In this document: in pieces, positions 26,115 to 40,597 of the stretch
How positions within the stretch are numbered: the stretch's first letter is position 1
How the letters are laid out: the number at the start of each line of letters is the position of its first letter
Assembly (NCBI GenBank): GCA_903813345.2
Contig: CAIIXF020000001.1
Coordinates: 43,462,001-43,526,000, forward strand
Reading direction: 5' to 3'
Length of the DNA: 64,000 nt
DNA from: Owenia fusiformis
Lineage: Eukaryota
Program-made: the position numbers and the translations under genes
Notes under the pieces: model-generated
The model's input: the letters and a program-made list of their open reading frames with translations, nothing else
What the model was told of the DNA's origin: nothing
The model's database searches: none

Positions 26115-27296
26115 AGTTCAGATATTTGTATAAAAGTACATATTGTTGTCATCATGACCATCTTTACAGGTACTACCAAGACCTCCTGATACTGTGTGTT
26201 TGCTTGGTGGTATCATTGCTAAGGCAAGATGCTAAGGTAAGGTAGCAAATCCTGTAGAGTATTGTCCCACAGGGTCGGATTTTGACATAAGAACTTTTAA
26301 AATGCATATTCCCAGGGCGAGGAATTTGACAGCTGATTTTTATTTTGTCAAAATCCTCACCCTTTCTTTTGTGGGAGTCTCACACAAACCTTTGAATGGT
26401 ATATAACCAAAAGACAACATCAGTCTTAGAACATTAATTGGAAGATTCATGTGTATCAACATAAATTATCTATACCTTTTGTTTGGTAACAGTGTTCTTG
26501 TTTTGACCAGCATCCTAAATACGTATATTATGAATATGAGTTCAGATATTTGTCTAAAAGTACATATTGTTGTCATCATGACCATCTTTACAGGTACTAA
26601 CAAGACACTGGCGGATTAGGGGGGGGGACCTGGGGGCCCGGGCCCTCCCCCCCTTGGGTGGGCCCAGAAAAAAAAAATTGGGCCCAAAAAAATTTTTGGG
26701 CCAAACAAGGCCTTCAGGCCCCAAAAAGTGGGTCTTTTTGGTCATTACTGGGCCTTTGAAGGCCTTATTTTTTAATTTCAGGCCAAATTTTGAAGAAAAT
26801 GGGCCTCAAAATTTCAAAATTTGGGCCCACTTTTGTATTTTAGGGGCCCAAAATTTTTTTCCACGTAAGCGCGGATGTTTTTTCCTCTGACCAGAAATTT
26901 GGGCCCCCCCCCTTGTTGGTTCCTGGATCCGCCCCTGCAAGACCTCCTGATACTGTGTGTTTGCTTGGTGGTATCATAGCTAAGGCAAGATGCTAAGGTA
27001 GGGTAATAAATCCTGTAGAGTATTGTCCCACAGGGCGGGATTTTGACATAAGAACTTTTAAAATGCATATTCCCAGGGCGAGGAATTTGACAGCTGATTT
27101 TTTATTTTGTCAAAATCCTCACCCTTTCTTTTGTGGGAGTCTCACACAAACCTTTGAATGGTGTATAACCAAAGACAACATCAGTCTTAGAACATTAATT
27201 GGAAGATTCATGTATATTAACTTAAATCATCTTCACTTTTTGTGTTAACACTGTTCTTGTTTTGACCAGCATCCTAGATATATTATGAATATGAGT
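26115..27296. repeat. ~424-bp tandem duplication, second copy interrupted by a MITE
   Basis: Units start AGTTCAGATATTTGT at 26115 and 26539 and align closely apart from the insertion. Confidence 0.9.
26606..26937. mobile_element. GC-rich MITE with 5-bp TSD
   Basis: CACTGGCGGAT...ATCCGCCCCTG flanked by CAAGA twice; the paralogous empty site has a single CAAGA at 26177-26181. Confidence 0.9.
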
Positions 27297-27569
27297 GCAA
27301 TACTGATAATGAAAATATCTAATAAGCCCTATTGGACCAACTGGCCTAATCTGATATCTGCACTATGAATCAAATTGAAGATCAAAAAATTAATCAATTA
27401 TACCATATGGCTATCTTCCATGGGCTTATATCATATACCAAAATAGTGAGAAATTTGTATACTTTCTTAATAATATACCACCAACAAGAACCATTTGTCT
27501 ACAGTTCACAACTTTGCAATTCAAAGGTAATCATTTTTCAATTGTTTTCGACTCTAGAATGTAAACCAG

Positions 27570-28971
27570 AACAACGGCAACGCCAAAGCGTAGCGAATCC
27601 CATCGAACAGAAATGGCTGGCTGGCAAACGAAATATATAGCAAATATCATAAAATAACACACATAAGGCCACCATTTTCAAAATGGTTGCTCACTAGCCA
27701 AGTTGTCATCAGAAGTAACATGCTTTTTTTTCTAGCATTCACAACCAAATATGAACAAAATCGCTCCACTACTTTTCGAGTTATAGTAAAATACTTTAAA
27801 ATGGTGGCCATTTTTCAAAATGGCCGCCTTCTACCAAAAGTGTCATTAGACAGTGTGCCATGATTATAGTATTAACATACCAAATATGAACAAAATCGCT
27901 CCACTACTTTTCAAGTTACAGCAAAAATTGTAAAATAACAAGTAAAGGCCGAGTAAAATATGTTTAAATGGCGGCCATTTTTCAAAATGGTCACCTTCTA
28001 CCAAAAGTGTCATTAGACAGTGTACCATGCTTATAATATTCACATACCAAATATGAACAAAATCGCTCCACCACTTTTCAAGTTATAGTAAAATACGTTA
28101 AAATGGCAGCCATTTTTCAAAATGGCCACCTTCTACCAAAAGTGTCATTAGACAGTGTGCCATGCTTATATTATTCACATACCAAATATGAACAAAATCG
28201 CTCCACTACTTTTCGAGTTAAAGTAAAATATGTTACAATGGCGGCCATTTTTCAAAATGGCCGCCTTCTACCAAAAGTGTTATTAGACAGTGTGCCATGC
28301 TTATAATATTCACAAACCAAATATGAACAAAATCGCTCCACTACTGTTTGAGTTATAGTAAAATATGTTAAAATGGCGGCCATTTTTCAAAATGGTGGCC
28401 ATTTTTCAAAATGGCCGCCTCCTACCAAAAGTGTCATTAGACAGTGAGCCATGCTTGTAGTATTCACATACCAAATATGAACAAAATCGCTCCACTACTT
28501 CTTGAGTTACAGCAAAAATCGTAAAATAACGAGTAAAGGCCGCCATTTTTCAAGATGGCTGCCATGTGCTTCTTTAATATCTACATTTCTAGCTTTATCA
28601 ATGTCCTATATAATTTTTTTACATTTAAAACATATTGCTATTACAGTTTTACATATTGCACCTAAATTACAGTAAAATCGGCACTAAAATGGCCGCCATT
28701 TTTGAATGAGCGGCCATTTTGAAAATCGGCTTTCGAGCAGAACTTCTACCCCCATAGGGTATATGTGTACAAAATATGAACAAAATCGGGCTAACGGTAT
28801 TTGAGTTATTGCCCGGACGGACGGACGGACAGACAGACGGACGGACGGACGGACGGACGTACGTACAGACGTACGTACGGACGGACGTACGTACAGACGT
28901 ACGTACGGACGGACGGACGGACGGACGGAGGCGTTCCCTATATCCCTCCGAACTTCGTTCGATGGGATAAT
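27570..28971 (+). mobile_element. Helentron-associated (HINE/pearl-like) non-autonomous element with tandem core and microsatellite
   Basis: Subterminal inverted repeats ATCCCATCGAAC / GTTCGATGGGAT, about 7 copies of a ~121-bp unit, a (GGAC/GTAC)n tract at ~28815-28928 and a 3' hairpin CGAACTTCGTTCG. Confidence 0.75.
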
Positions 28972-31900
28972 TATCAATTACCAAAATGTCTAAGAATCTA
29001 AAATCAAACATGTACTCAACAACATACTGACTATGACTCTACACTGCATCAGTGATCAGTCTTTAATTCTAGAATGGAACAATGATTACTTTCTTACTAT
29101 CTATGATTCTTTATTTGCAACAGCAGTCACTTCTGTCTTTGACTCGATATAAACCACAGACTACTGTCTGTGTAAAGAATGGCAAGTTATTGTTGGTCGT
29201 TACTTGTTATCTGTACTAAGTATACTGACAAAAATGTAAAACATTATCAATCCAGGGTTACCTCATACTATTTACAATATAGAAGGCTCTACCATCTGAC
29301 TACATGTATATTACCTATTCCTAGCTAATAATTTACTTCATGGGTTAAAGTAAATATGCACTAGCTTTCATCTAACACTATCTCTTCAATTGATTTCATT
29401 ATTAAGTTACAAAGTTTGCAGTAATGAGTCCTGATAATAGTTGTTCCCATGATCTAATTAGGGGGGTTTCTCAAGATATGGTACAAGGAGCTCCCAAAAC
29501 ATATGGTAAAGATGCCTAAAAACAATGATTCGTTTCCCATTATACTAACATACACTTTAACTGAAGGTTCTGCATAAAAATCCCCAAAGCCAATCCCCAT
29601 ATTATAAAGCTTTGACAATTTGACAAAATGATGAAATGCAGGGACTTAGATGGACCCCTATCCTTCTCTGATAGCACATCCTATGATCTAACAGTTTGAA
29701 GTATGATATCATAAATCGTGTTGTGCTCTAACCTACTGTATTGATGATGTAATGATATATAAACCACTTACTGACTTACCAGTACTGAGTGTTAATATGA
29801 TGATGCACCAATCCTTATGTGATCATATAACAATTTATCCCCTAGATCTTTCTTTGTAGACTTTAAAGTGCGCTGTATCTTCGGGAATGCTTCAATCTTA
29901 GAATATACAATAAAACCTGTATATATTGAACATTTCTTTTGCCAAGAAAAACGTTCAGTGTTTGTAGGTGTTCACTGAATCACTACAGAGAGGGTAATTT
30001 ATACAGAAGTCAGTGGCGTATGTGCGGAGGAAGGATTTCTACTAGAGAAAGGTGTTCACTAGAAAGAGGTGTTCGCTAAAACAGGTTCTAATAGAATAAC
30101 ATCTATTTTCTTCATCCTTGATCCGTGATTGTAAGTCTTTTGTATCCTGAGTATCAGAGCCCATCCAAATAGATCAATACAGATGAAGGTCTCTTTTAAG
30201 GAAGCAAAATCAAACAACTCTTAATGGCTATTAACTCTAACAAATTATCATTTACTGTCAGTTTCCCATTTCCTTACATCAAGTGGAGCACTGGTTGTTG
30301 AATGTAATAGATGTGAACAGGTAAAATACATATGAATCATTCTCCTTTTGCCGATTAACCCTATTCAAACGTCTAAACAAAGTATCCGTCATTAAACAAA
30401 GTACCTGTCAATAAAAATACATTTAAGGACAATCTGAGGTGAGAGTATGACTGTTTTTAAAGCAGAGGACAATATCCGTTTATTACAGCTGACTAGTTGA
30501 ACGTCATAGAAAATAATGTCAAATAAATAGTTCATAAACATGTCAATATTGTCATAAATAGAAAACAAAAACAAACCTGTTTATACTGTACTTTAGATAG
30601 GCCTTCAATTATGTAAATGTACATATATCTATACATGTGAAACGAATTCTTACCTAGGCTTGTCTTAGCGATTTCCTTGTGTTGATTAGCTGTATGAAAA
30701 TGAGAGAAAATGTTGATCCTCGTATGATGGAGTGAATCGAATGCAAATCAATGAATAACAGAGTGTCTGTCTTTATTCTTTATCTCTGACCCAAAGGTCT
30801 GCTACAACTCCTCCTATATTACAATATCTGATTCTATATTACTGGTACAACTTGAACTTATCAATCAGTATATATACTATCATCTGATTAAAACAAATCA
30901 TTTTTACAGTCAGGCTTTGCATTACATAGAATACTCTACAGAGTAAAGTTCTATAATAAAACCTGTATATAGTAAACACGTATGGAGCCACAAATAGTGT
31001 TCACTGTAGCCAGGTGTTTACTAGAGAGAGGGGATTTTATACAGGAGTTCATGTAAGATGTGTCTTGAAGTGGTGTTCACTAAACACAGGTGTTCACTAG
31101 AGAGAAGTGTTCACTAAGACAGGTTTTAGTATATATGTTTTAACAGAGAGCCCTGTTCTCATTAACGACTTAAATCAAAATGAGGCAAATTAGACCTGTT
31201 CAATCAGATTATAAAGGTGCAGATGTATGAACAAAATCTATTCAGGAACTATTGAGATTTTGTGCAACTTTATTGTTGCCTTTGAGAAATATCTAACATA
31301 ATGACATCTACTTGAAGATAGACACAACACAACAAAGTACATGGTGACATTATTCATTTGGTCATATAATAATAGACTTTGACATCATTTTACATAGGAA
31401 TTCAAATTTCATTTTCATTTTATTTCAGTGTAAGAACTTTAACACGGAACATAAAATATAAACCTCTTCACAGGTAAACTGGAGTAATTATATACCTGTT
31501 ATTAACAGATCCGAATAGAATCTTTTACAAAGCTGAATATCTATGATACAAGGTACCATATAATATTGCCAAAAAATCAAAAGAATTACAATAGTATTAT
31601 GATGAGATCATATCAGTGATCATCCTGTAGTGTACCTAGATACCCGAGCCCTTCTCTGTACAAATAAGTAGCAATCATTTCCATCTATAATATATCATCA
31701 ATAAAGGTTATCATCTCAACTATGAAGAGGATAAAATCATAGGAGCTTATATTAAGATTAGTAATAAGTTGAATTAATGGAATGTCACTTATCATTTAAT
31801 TCAATTTATCCTGATAAATTCTTATAAACTTAACATTAAAACCAATGTGTGATTGCTGCAATACTAAATCTGAGGAACTATTTTAGGGTAAATGCAATTG

Positions 31901-34614
31901 TACCCCAGGACCCTATTCCCTATGTAACTCGATCTCCGTCCAATTAGGCTAAACACAGTTGTTTTTGAGAATTCATTTCCAATTGCATGTCAGTTGGGGA
32001 TAAGTTAGGTTGAACAAAAAACTACGCTGCTTGTAGAATAAGCACCACTATTCAAAACCCTTTCCATTAGTTTTGTATATTGTCTTCTCACTTTGCTTCT
32101 TAAAAGAGAGCTTCATCTACACTTTTAACTAATTTATCACCCTCCTTATCTAACTTGACCTGGGGTTGGGATCTGCCTACATTATGACAGATCAGATCAA
32201 CAAAACAGATGAGGAGTAGATAACTCCTGTAAGAGAAAGTTTGGCTACCTAATTATCTAGATATTAATAAAGGCTCCAAATATCAATGCCAAATAGATCT
32301 CAGCCTTGATAGCATAATCCTTAATAAGTACACAGTCAAACTATTTGGCGGAAATATTTGGAAATCCTCCCAAAATCATTGTTCAATATGTTTCATTCAT
32401 ATACTAAAAGTACTTACTTCTTTACCTTGTTATTATCCTTAAATATTTGATGACCATTAGTGATTAAAATACCAAATTGATAAAATCAACAGGCCTTGTA
32501 AGCCCCTGGTGGTATGTAGTCAGTTATATATAATATTTTCATATTGTATTTATAACATGAATATTTACAACTGTTATGCATTCAGTACATGATTTATGTT
32601 GGCAGAATATTTGATGTCAAGTGTGGAAAGTTTGATCTTCAATTGAAAGATAACTGACACAGACATGTACCTATACATGTTCCAACTAAACCGAGATGCA
32701 GGAGTTTGCATTGAATTTACCAATAATATCCAACAGTGTTATGAATATCATTCTGATACTCAGACCATCTCTGCTATGCACAAGAAGGAAACTGAGAGAA
32801 GGCTGTGATATCTCACGATGTATGAATATAGGCAATCACATAGAATGGTGCCATCATAACACCTAATACCACAAAAAGCATTCAACGTTATACTTCAGAT
32901 CAAGTCAACCTTTTAGGAAACAAAGAAACAGTTTTCAGAGAATATGAATCGCCTAACAATGCAATTGTGCTAGTCTTGCATCAAGCCCCCAAGTTGTCCC
33001 TTACTCAATGGAAAATATATAACAGATGGCCAGACACTTGGTGCAAGACTACTATTTTATGTCGATTGTATCATATATACCCAAAATACAAAGAGAACAA
33101 AAACATCTTCAAAATAAGATATCACAGCACAGGTGATACACCAGATTAGAACATATTTGAAGTATATGTTCACCTAACTGTGCTATAATCTAACACAGCG
33201 ATACCAACTGAGCCCAGCTCATCTTGTAGGTCTCATATAACCCTTCATGTATATCATGATTAACCATGTCATCTCCTTCCTTCTTTGTTACCAGTTGATG
33301 GAAAGATGGGAAGTTTCAGAAAGCTGAAAAACAATGTCTATCCATCATCACCTCAGCTTCCATACTTTTAATTTGTAGAATGGTCCATATACATTATATG
33401 TATATTGACTGGCCTTTATCATTTATTATTCTCTGTACTAGGAAACCCAGAAGCTAGTAGTAAATTAAGCTCTATTTTAAAGTTTTAAGGTGCATAATCA
33501 AACTTTTGAAAAGTTAATTCTCTGAGGATTCCTGAGATGAACAACACATGGTTAGGACCTAATTTTACATAGAAATGAAGTACATGTATTGTTGAGAAAA
33601 TGTGGCAGACATCAATGTTAAACCTACTTGGCTGACCATATCATTACAATAAGATAAATCAAACTTCAAGCATAAAATGCCTTACTTTATGGCTATGAGA
33701 ATAATAAAAATGGCACTGATGAATAAACATATACACTGTTAATTTCTTTAAGAATTTTAACAAAACTTACCACTTACCACTTAACATATTTGTTTCTGTG
33801 ATATTTCATTTTGCACGAAATAAGAAACAATCCAGGAAGTGACTAAAAATGAGATCGTCAAACTATTGAATGATGACTCTCAGATTTACTCCAATTTTTA
33901 CTTAAACCAGATATTTTAAGCTTTTAATAGGAAATGATCCATCAAGGGCTCCTACAATGATACATGCCAGACCTACAATATTATACACAATGTTCCCTGT
34001 TTATCAAAAATAATCCAATCTGCTTATAGATTCAGTATTTCATTATTTTCCACCTCGATCTAATTTACCTAACATTTCCTATGAGTAAACTGTAGTTCCA
34101 GTTCATATTCTTCCTTGAAAACTCCTCTGTTGTCAAAGTTCATGTATTTGAGAATAGACTTGTGTATAGGTATATCATCCCTGAATTATCCTATGTATAA
34201 AAGTCTGAGATGTGAGGATCAGAATATATGTAAATGTAATTGAAACAAGCATCCTTCAGTATCTATTCCTTATTATAAAATATCAGATATCCTCTTCCAT
34301 GCTATAAGAAAACACAACGTGAGGTATACTGGGTACTGTACTGCTGTCTCCCAAATGTAGGTACATAGGAATATGGGATTGCATGGAAACTGGATCTCTT
34401 GAGTTTCACCCTGCAAAGAGGCGCCAAAGGTAAATAGCTCTTACAGTTAATCATACTCCCTTACCAGTTTGATTATAAAAACTTCATACCTTGGTAATCC
34501 AAGATGATATATAATACCCTTTGGAAAGAATTCATGTTTGGAGGTTGTGGCTAAATGATGGAGATTCTGATTTCAACCTGTGTCAGCCTTTTATTTATTA
34601 CTTTGTTTCAAATA

Positions 34615-35383
34615 CAGTAAAACCTGTACACAGTGAACACCTCTCTATAGTGAACTGTGTTTAGTGAGCACCACTTCAAGACACAATTACATTGACTCCT
34701 GTATAAAAAAACTCTCTTTTGTAAACACCAACCGACAGTGAGCAGCTAACGAACCACAAAAATGTGTTCACTGTAAGTAGGTGTTCACTATAGAGGGATT
34801 TTATACAGAAGTCAGAGTATATGCTCGAAAGTAGGGATGGGACGGTTCGTTTCGGTTCGTTTCGGTTTTTCGGATCATCAGCCGTCGGTTCGGTTTTTTC
34901 GGTTCGGTTCATTCATTTTAAGGATTTGTATTGATTGACATGATTAGCTGCTTAATTGATACAAAGATTTGCGGAAATTTATATTTTATAGATGGAATTT
35001 TATGTTATAGTATTTCATGAACAATACATATTATTTAGAATACACGACTTAAGAATATAGTACCAGGGACCACATGATTGATTACCGAGGGATACGAATA
35101 CGCAGATACGAAACGAATCTAGTAAACAAGTGAGCTAGCAACAGACAAGACAGACAAGGTAGGGACTAGGAATATAAAAAATGTTGCTGTAAAACAGTGT
35201 TTTTAACTGTTTTATTGATACTTGACCAATGAAATATTAATCCGAAAACGATCCGAAAAGCTGATCCGAAAGTAGGGCTGTGATCCGAAAACCGATCCGA
35301 AGGCTATGAACCGCGGTTTTTCGGTATTTCGGTTATCCGTCCAACCCCTACTCGAAAGGGGTGTTCATTAAGATAGGTTTGTA
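34615..35383. mobile_element. TA-flanked CAGTAAAACCTGT MITE (Tc1/mariner-pogo type), split by a hAT MITE
   Basis: Left TIR at 34615, degenerate right end near 35380. Further family members at ~17726-17864, ~29907-30090, ~30955-31130, ~39016-39194, ~53176 and ~54595. Confidence 0.65.
34832..35350. mobile_element. hAT-type MITE
   Basis: TIRs TAGGGATGGGACGG...CCGTCCAACCCCTA; 8-bp TSD CTCGAAAG; subterminal TTCGG/CCGAA repeats. Confidence 0.88.
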
Positions 35384-35413
35384 CCTAAAGAAATTTCCAA
35401 ACTTCAAGCCCTC

Positions 35414-35742
35414 CAGTGGCGGATCCAGGAATCAACAAGGGGGGGCCCAAATTGTCGGTAATAGAAAAAAACTTCCGCGCGTGCGGGAAAAAAAATTTTG
35501 GGCCCCTAAAACCGAAAAGTGGGCCCAAATTTTGAAAATTTGAGGCCCATTTTCTTCAAACTTTGGCCTGAAATTAAAAAATAAGGCCTTAGAAGGCCTA
35601 GTAATGACCAAAAAGGCCCACTTTTTAGTGCCTGAAGGCCTTTTTTGGCCCAAAATTTTTTGGGCCCAATTTTTGTTTTTTCTGGGCCCAACCTAGGGGG
35701 GGGGCCCTGGCCCCATGGGCCCCCCCCCCGGATCCGCCATAG
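35414..35742. mobile_element. Second copy of the 26606-26937 MITE, inverted
   Basis: Reverse-complement similarity over the full length; imperfect 5-bp TSD CCCTC/CTCTC. Confidence 0.85.
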
Positions 35743-38700
35743 CTCTCTCAATGAAAAATATGAACTCCCCTTGCTAAAAGCGGGCACTGAGCAATCTAAA
35801 AGCACACTGTTCTAGTGCCCTTCTACCAGTATACATATATTCCATTCATGAAATCCCTTGTTGATAGACCAGAATTGTCTGGTAGTAAGAAACTCACACA
35901 AAATAAATCAAGTCCATCATCCAGAATCTAAACAAAGGTACCCTTAGATACTTAGCAGGGTGTTGAGATTTTAATCTGAGCAGTCTGACTCATGAATTCA
36001 TGTCTCTCAGCATTTACTACCAGGAAAGTCCCACATGGAATGATGTATCTTAAATAATACATTTCTACTTCCCTAAAACATACTTACAAGATTAAAAGAA
36101 ACCATGAAAACACATCTACCAAAAAGTGAAGGAGTTATTGAATATTGACAGTTCTGTTTACACATAAAATATAGATGTTGTAAAGTATTTCTAAAACAGA
36201 GTACTTTTCTTCAATGTTACAAGATTCTACCATACCTACATCAATCATCATTAATGCCAGTAATTAGGGTAATGCATGACAATACGCCATACCCAAGCAA
36301 CTAAATATTTCTATAACCAGACAGAAGAAAAAATCAAGCAACGTGAGTGTCTCAAGATCACACAAAATAGGAAAGTGGTAACATATGGTTCTCTTGAGAG
36401 AGATGGAGAGATTCTTCTAAGATCAATATACACTACTATATACTATCCAGTCCAGAATGAAGGTTTGGTGCCTGAATAGGCCAAAATGGTTTGGAAATTG
36501 GAAGGCCCTGCATCTAGATTTCTGGATCCTCCATATAACAGCAGAGACATTCTACCTGTGAACAATATAGCTCTAGTTACCTGTAATTGTGTTGTTTCCA
36601 TCCATTCAACTAATTGATTACCTCTTCAAACTACCTACTCATTTCCCTTAATTAAAAACACACATTAACAAAAGTGTGCCTGATAGCAAACAATAGTATA
36701 ACAAGGTAAAAGAGGATTAGTGAATTTGAGCACACTTTTGCACTGCATCTTCCCAGTATATTTCTTACAAATATGATTTCAAGTTGAATAGTTTAGTTAA
36801 TTTGGGAATATTGCATTGTTGGTTCCACAGCCTTTCTTTTTTCTGAAGAGAATGAGCTACAGATATAAAGAACTCTAAACAATAAGAATGGGGAAACTGA
36901 CAATTTACATTTTGACTGTTATTTCCTTTTCTGATCAGTATATTAGTATATAGGTGGGGTTCATTTGTAAAATATATGTAGTATGAATAATTCCAGTTTG
37001 TGTTATTTCCTCTGGCTTGAGTTTCGGACAAACCAATTTCTAATAAAATGGTAGTTTGGAAAAACAGACATATCTTGTTACTTTTATATCAGAAAACTAA
37101 TGAAGTGAGATAAACACAGCAATGGTAGAAATATCAAACTTATCAGTTATTGACTTTAAACATAAGGGTGGGCCTTTATTTTGGATGCCATAGACAACCA
37201 GACCCCTGGTACACCATAGGAATGTGAATATGTGCAAGTTTGCAAGTTTAAGGGAATTTATTGGATAAAATGTACATTTGAAGAAATGGCAGCAGCGGGA
37301 GCATTATTCTACAAATATTGCTATTTCCCAGGGCCAAGCCATCAAGATAAACCATGTCATCTCATTTCTTCTCAGCCCTGAGAAACAGGTGAAACAGAAA
37401 GATGTAATGAGTATCAGAATGGGGCCAAGCTGATTTATTCCAAAGTTGACTACTTTTCAGCTTAGCAAAAAAACATAGTTATATTTTGGGAAAAGTTAAT
37501 TAATCACTCTAAGGGCAAGGCAAACATCACATGTTTTACGTAATCTGACAATCTTGAGTTTAGGCTGACATTTCTGATATTCAAACCAATATTTTCCAAT
37601 CATGCATTAAGCAGGAAATCTTTGACAGCTACACTGCGATCTTTGAATCTGGTTCTCATTTATGTTTAAGGCCAGATGCTCTGCTATATTCCATGAAAAA
37701 TTATAACGAAGATCAATACAAAATTATTCCAGGTAGAACGTTTGATACTAAGAAGGATGAATAAACTATTATTTACCTTACTGACTTGTTGAACCATATA
37801 AACATAAACAAAACAAATCCCTTAAATAATATAAACATTTAATATCCTTCAATTCATAGTCTTGCATCAAATATCTTTATCAAACTATAGGGGCGGGAAA
37901 TATAGAAGGGAGACTTCACTCAGAACTGGCCCATTAACTTGCTGAACCACATACTGTATATAATAAGACACCATATCTACATCTTCATCATTTAGAAGAG
38001 AGGTGTGTGTATCAGTGTATGATGGGACCGCAAGAATTTAGACCGACCAACATGAAGGTCAACATATATGAATTTTGATTAAGATGCTACAAATGCAGAC
38101 TTTATCTTGCCTAAAATGTTGGTAATGACCCTAAGAAGCCAAAAGTAGAAGACTTAATTAACTGCATACTTTACAAAACAAATATGCACCTAGATTTTTG
38201 GTAAGTGTTTCTGACAATTTTAGATATCAGTCAACCTTGTATATAGGTGCCATTAATCATGTATATATCTAGGTAATTGCTGAGTATACTTTATGTAAAT
38301 ATTTGGAAAAAGCACAGAATCTGAAGTATAGCATCATAGATTTAATTTGATGTGGGTTAATGAATCCGTTAATATTAAACAGTCAGGAATTACCTCAAGC
38401 CTTTTGCGGAATATATTCATAAAACCTTCATTTTCAGGTACCTTTATGAACCTCAAATCGATGAGACTTGTTTGCTATACATTGACATTTAGTTTAATAT
38501 TTAACCTAAGTAGATAAACATGTTTAGCAATCTTATTCAAAATGATGTAATCCAAATATAAAAGGAGTACAAGGCGAGATATAACGAAAAAATGGCATCA
38601 TTTAATGGGATTAAGATTGTATAAAAATTTGGTAAAGTGGGAGCCAGTGGTATAAATGACAACTTTGCAAATGATGATCTAGAATTTGAAAGATGGGGAA

Positions 38701-39733
38701 ATATTCCAGCCTGTATGACGTTAAAGTGATTTAAGCCTTAAGAGTAGTAAATTGTGAGTAGTTCTGAAGAATTCAATTTTCATGTCTGGTTGTATAACTG
38801 TAGTAAACATAAGAAATGCACTGATTTTAACATCTGATCAGGATCTACTCTAATCCCCATCAGGTCTAACACTGGGAAGCTCTTCTAGTTTCAGGTACAT
38901 GTCCTTCTGCCTCTGCATGATTTGCTAGCTGAGGCATGTGCTCCATGCCTCACAGTCAGCAGTCTATTGGTGCCATGTTTCAATATAAAATTGTAAGAGT
39001 TATGATATAAAAGGGTAGTAAAACCTGTTTTAGCAAACACCTCTCTCTAGTGAACACCTGTGTTTAGTGAACACCATTTCAACACACATTTTACATTGAC
39101 TACTGTATAAAATTCCCTCTCATTAGTGATAACCTACCTACAGTGAACACTTTCTTTGGCTCTATAGGTGTTTCACTAAATACAGGTTTTACTGTACTTG
39201 GTTTAGGTTCTTTGATAGTTTTTCAATTCTATCTGATTCAACCATATATATGGAACCCACTCCTTAAAGTGTTTAAAAAGGTGCCAACTAAAACCATAAA
39301 AAATATAGCAGAAAAATTCCACATTGCAGAGACAGATGTACTTTGACATGTTTAAGAGGTCCCACATCACAGGAAATTTCAAGCCATATCATATTTTCAA
39401 TGTGAACGGAAGTAGAATGGTAGAATAGTCAAGCTGTAAAGGAACAAAACTAATAAACATAAAAGTCTATATTATGAATAGTACAGACAGATAACAAAGC
39501 CTACAGAGTAATTAGATAATAAAATAAAAAAGTATTATCAAATGACAATTAGGTTGTTTATTGTGAAAATTATTGTAATGTATTGTTAAATCAAAAGGAA
39601 TAAAGTAAATCCACTATTCATGTATATGTTGATATTCCGAATGATGACAACCTATCTTTGTGAACATTTAACTCAGTGCTAACATTTTTCAAATCAGTGA
39701 CCTCCCCAGCATTAAAGCAGGTAGGCTACCCAC

Positions 39734-40202
39734 TAGTGTTGTCGCGATTAATCGATACATCGCGATATACATCGCCAAAGCTGGTTCTGGCGATGCATCG
39801 ATGTCTGAAACAAAACATCGATGTTTTTAAATAAAATTAATTTGCTAATAATCGCCCTTTCTTATCTTATTTTGACGCAAATTGCTTACCTTTTTTCATG
39901 TCTTATTTCATTTTCAAATGTTTTCTGATATTCTTTCGCTTTGAAACTGTTTTAGCTAGTCGAAATGAACCATTAATCTAAAAAAATTACTTTACTTTCA
40001 TTTCACCGATCACTATGTTCCCGGATGTACCAGCATACTCTTATTAATTTGTTCTGTTCGATATTTTAGTGCATTAGCGTTCGGTATTTCAGTGCACTTT
40101 TCTCGAACTTTTTCTCGATGTACATCGCGATGTGCATCGATGTTTACTACTGAAAATTGCCGATGCATCGATGTACGATTATGGCACATCGCGACAACAC
40201 TA
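39734..40202. mobile_element. hAT-type MITE
   Basis: TIRs TAGTGTTGTCGCGAT...ATCGCGACAACACTA; 8-bp TSD CTACCCAC; ATCGAT-rich subtermini. Confidence 0.9.
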
Positions 40203-40391
40203 CTACCCACCTGAGATTTTGATAATAGGCTTGCAACCATCTGAATGTCCATTTGCACCCACTTGAAAATGAGAAAAATCATGAAAATTGGCATATTTTG
40301 ACCAATTTTGGTCTGATTTGTGAAAATTAGAATTTTGCACCCACTTGAGAAAAAAATTCTGTGGAGATCACTGCAAATATATACAATTTCA

Positions 40392-40597
40392 GCAAGTCTC
40401 AACACTGTCTACTTGAGACAAGTTTCACTGTATAAGGTTCAATACACTACTGTGTATTAAGAAGCAAGAATGACATAATTTACAATGTTCCATAATTTGA
40501 GCAAGTCTCAACACTGTCTACTTGAGACAGGTTTCACTGTTTAAGGTTCAATACACTGCTGTGTAAGAAGCAAGAATGACATAATTCACAATGTTCC
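40392..40597. repeat. ~108-bp tandem duplication
   Basis: GCAAGTCTCAACACTGTCTACTTGAGACA...ACAATGTTCC occurs twice. Confidence 0.85.

Noticed and set aside
26554..27068. ORFs over the GC-rich MITE (also 35361-35805 and 16800-17180)
   Set aside because: Chance ORFs in non-autonomous repeats.
27690..28520. Regular repeat array resembling CRISPR
   Set aside because: Whole ~121-bp units repeat with no unique spacers; eukaryotic context and no cas genes.
28667..29011. Four overlapping ORFs with RPSV/RTDG repeats
   Set aside because: Translations of the (GGAC/GTAC)n microsatellite.
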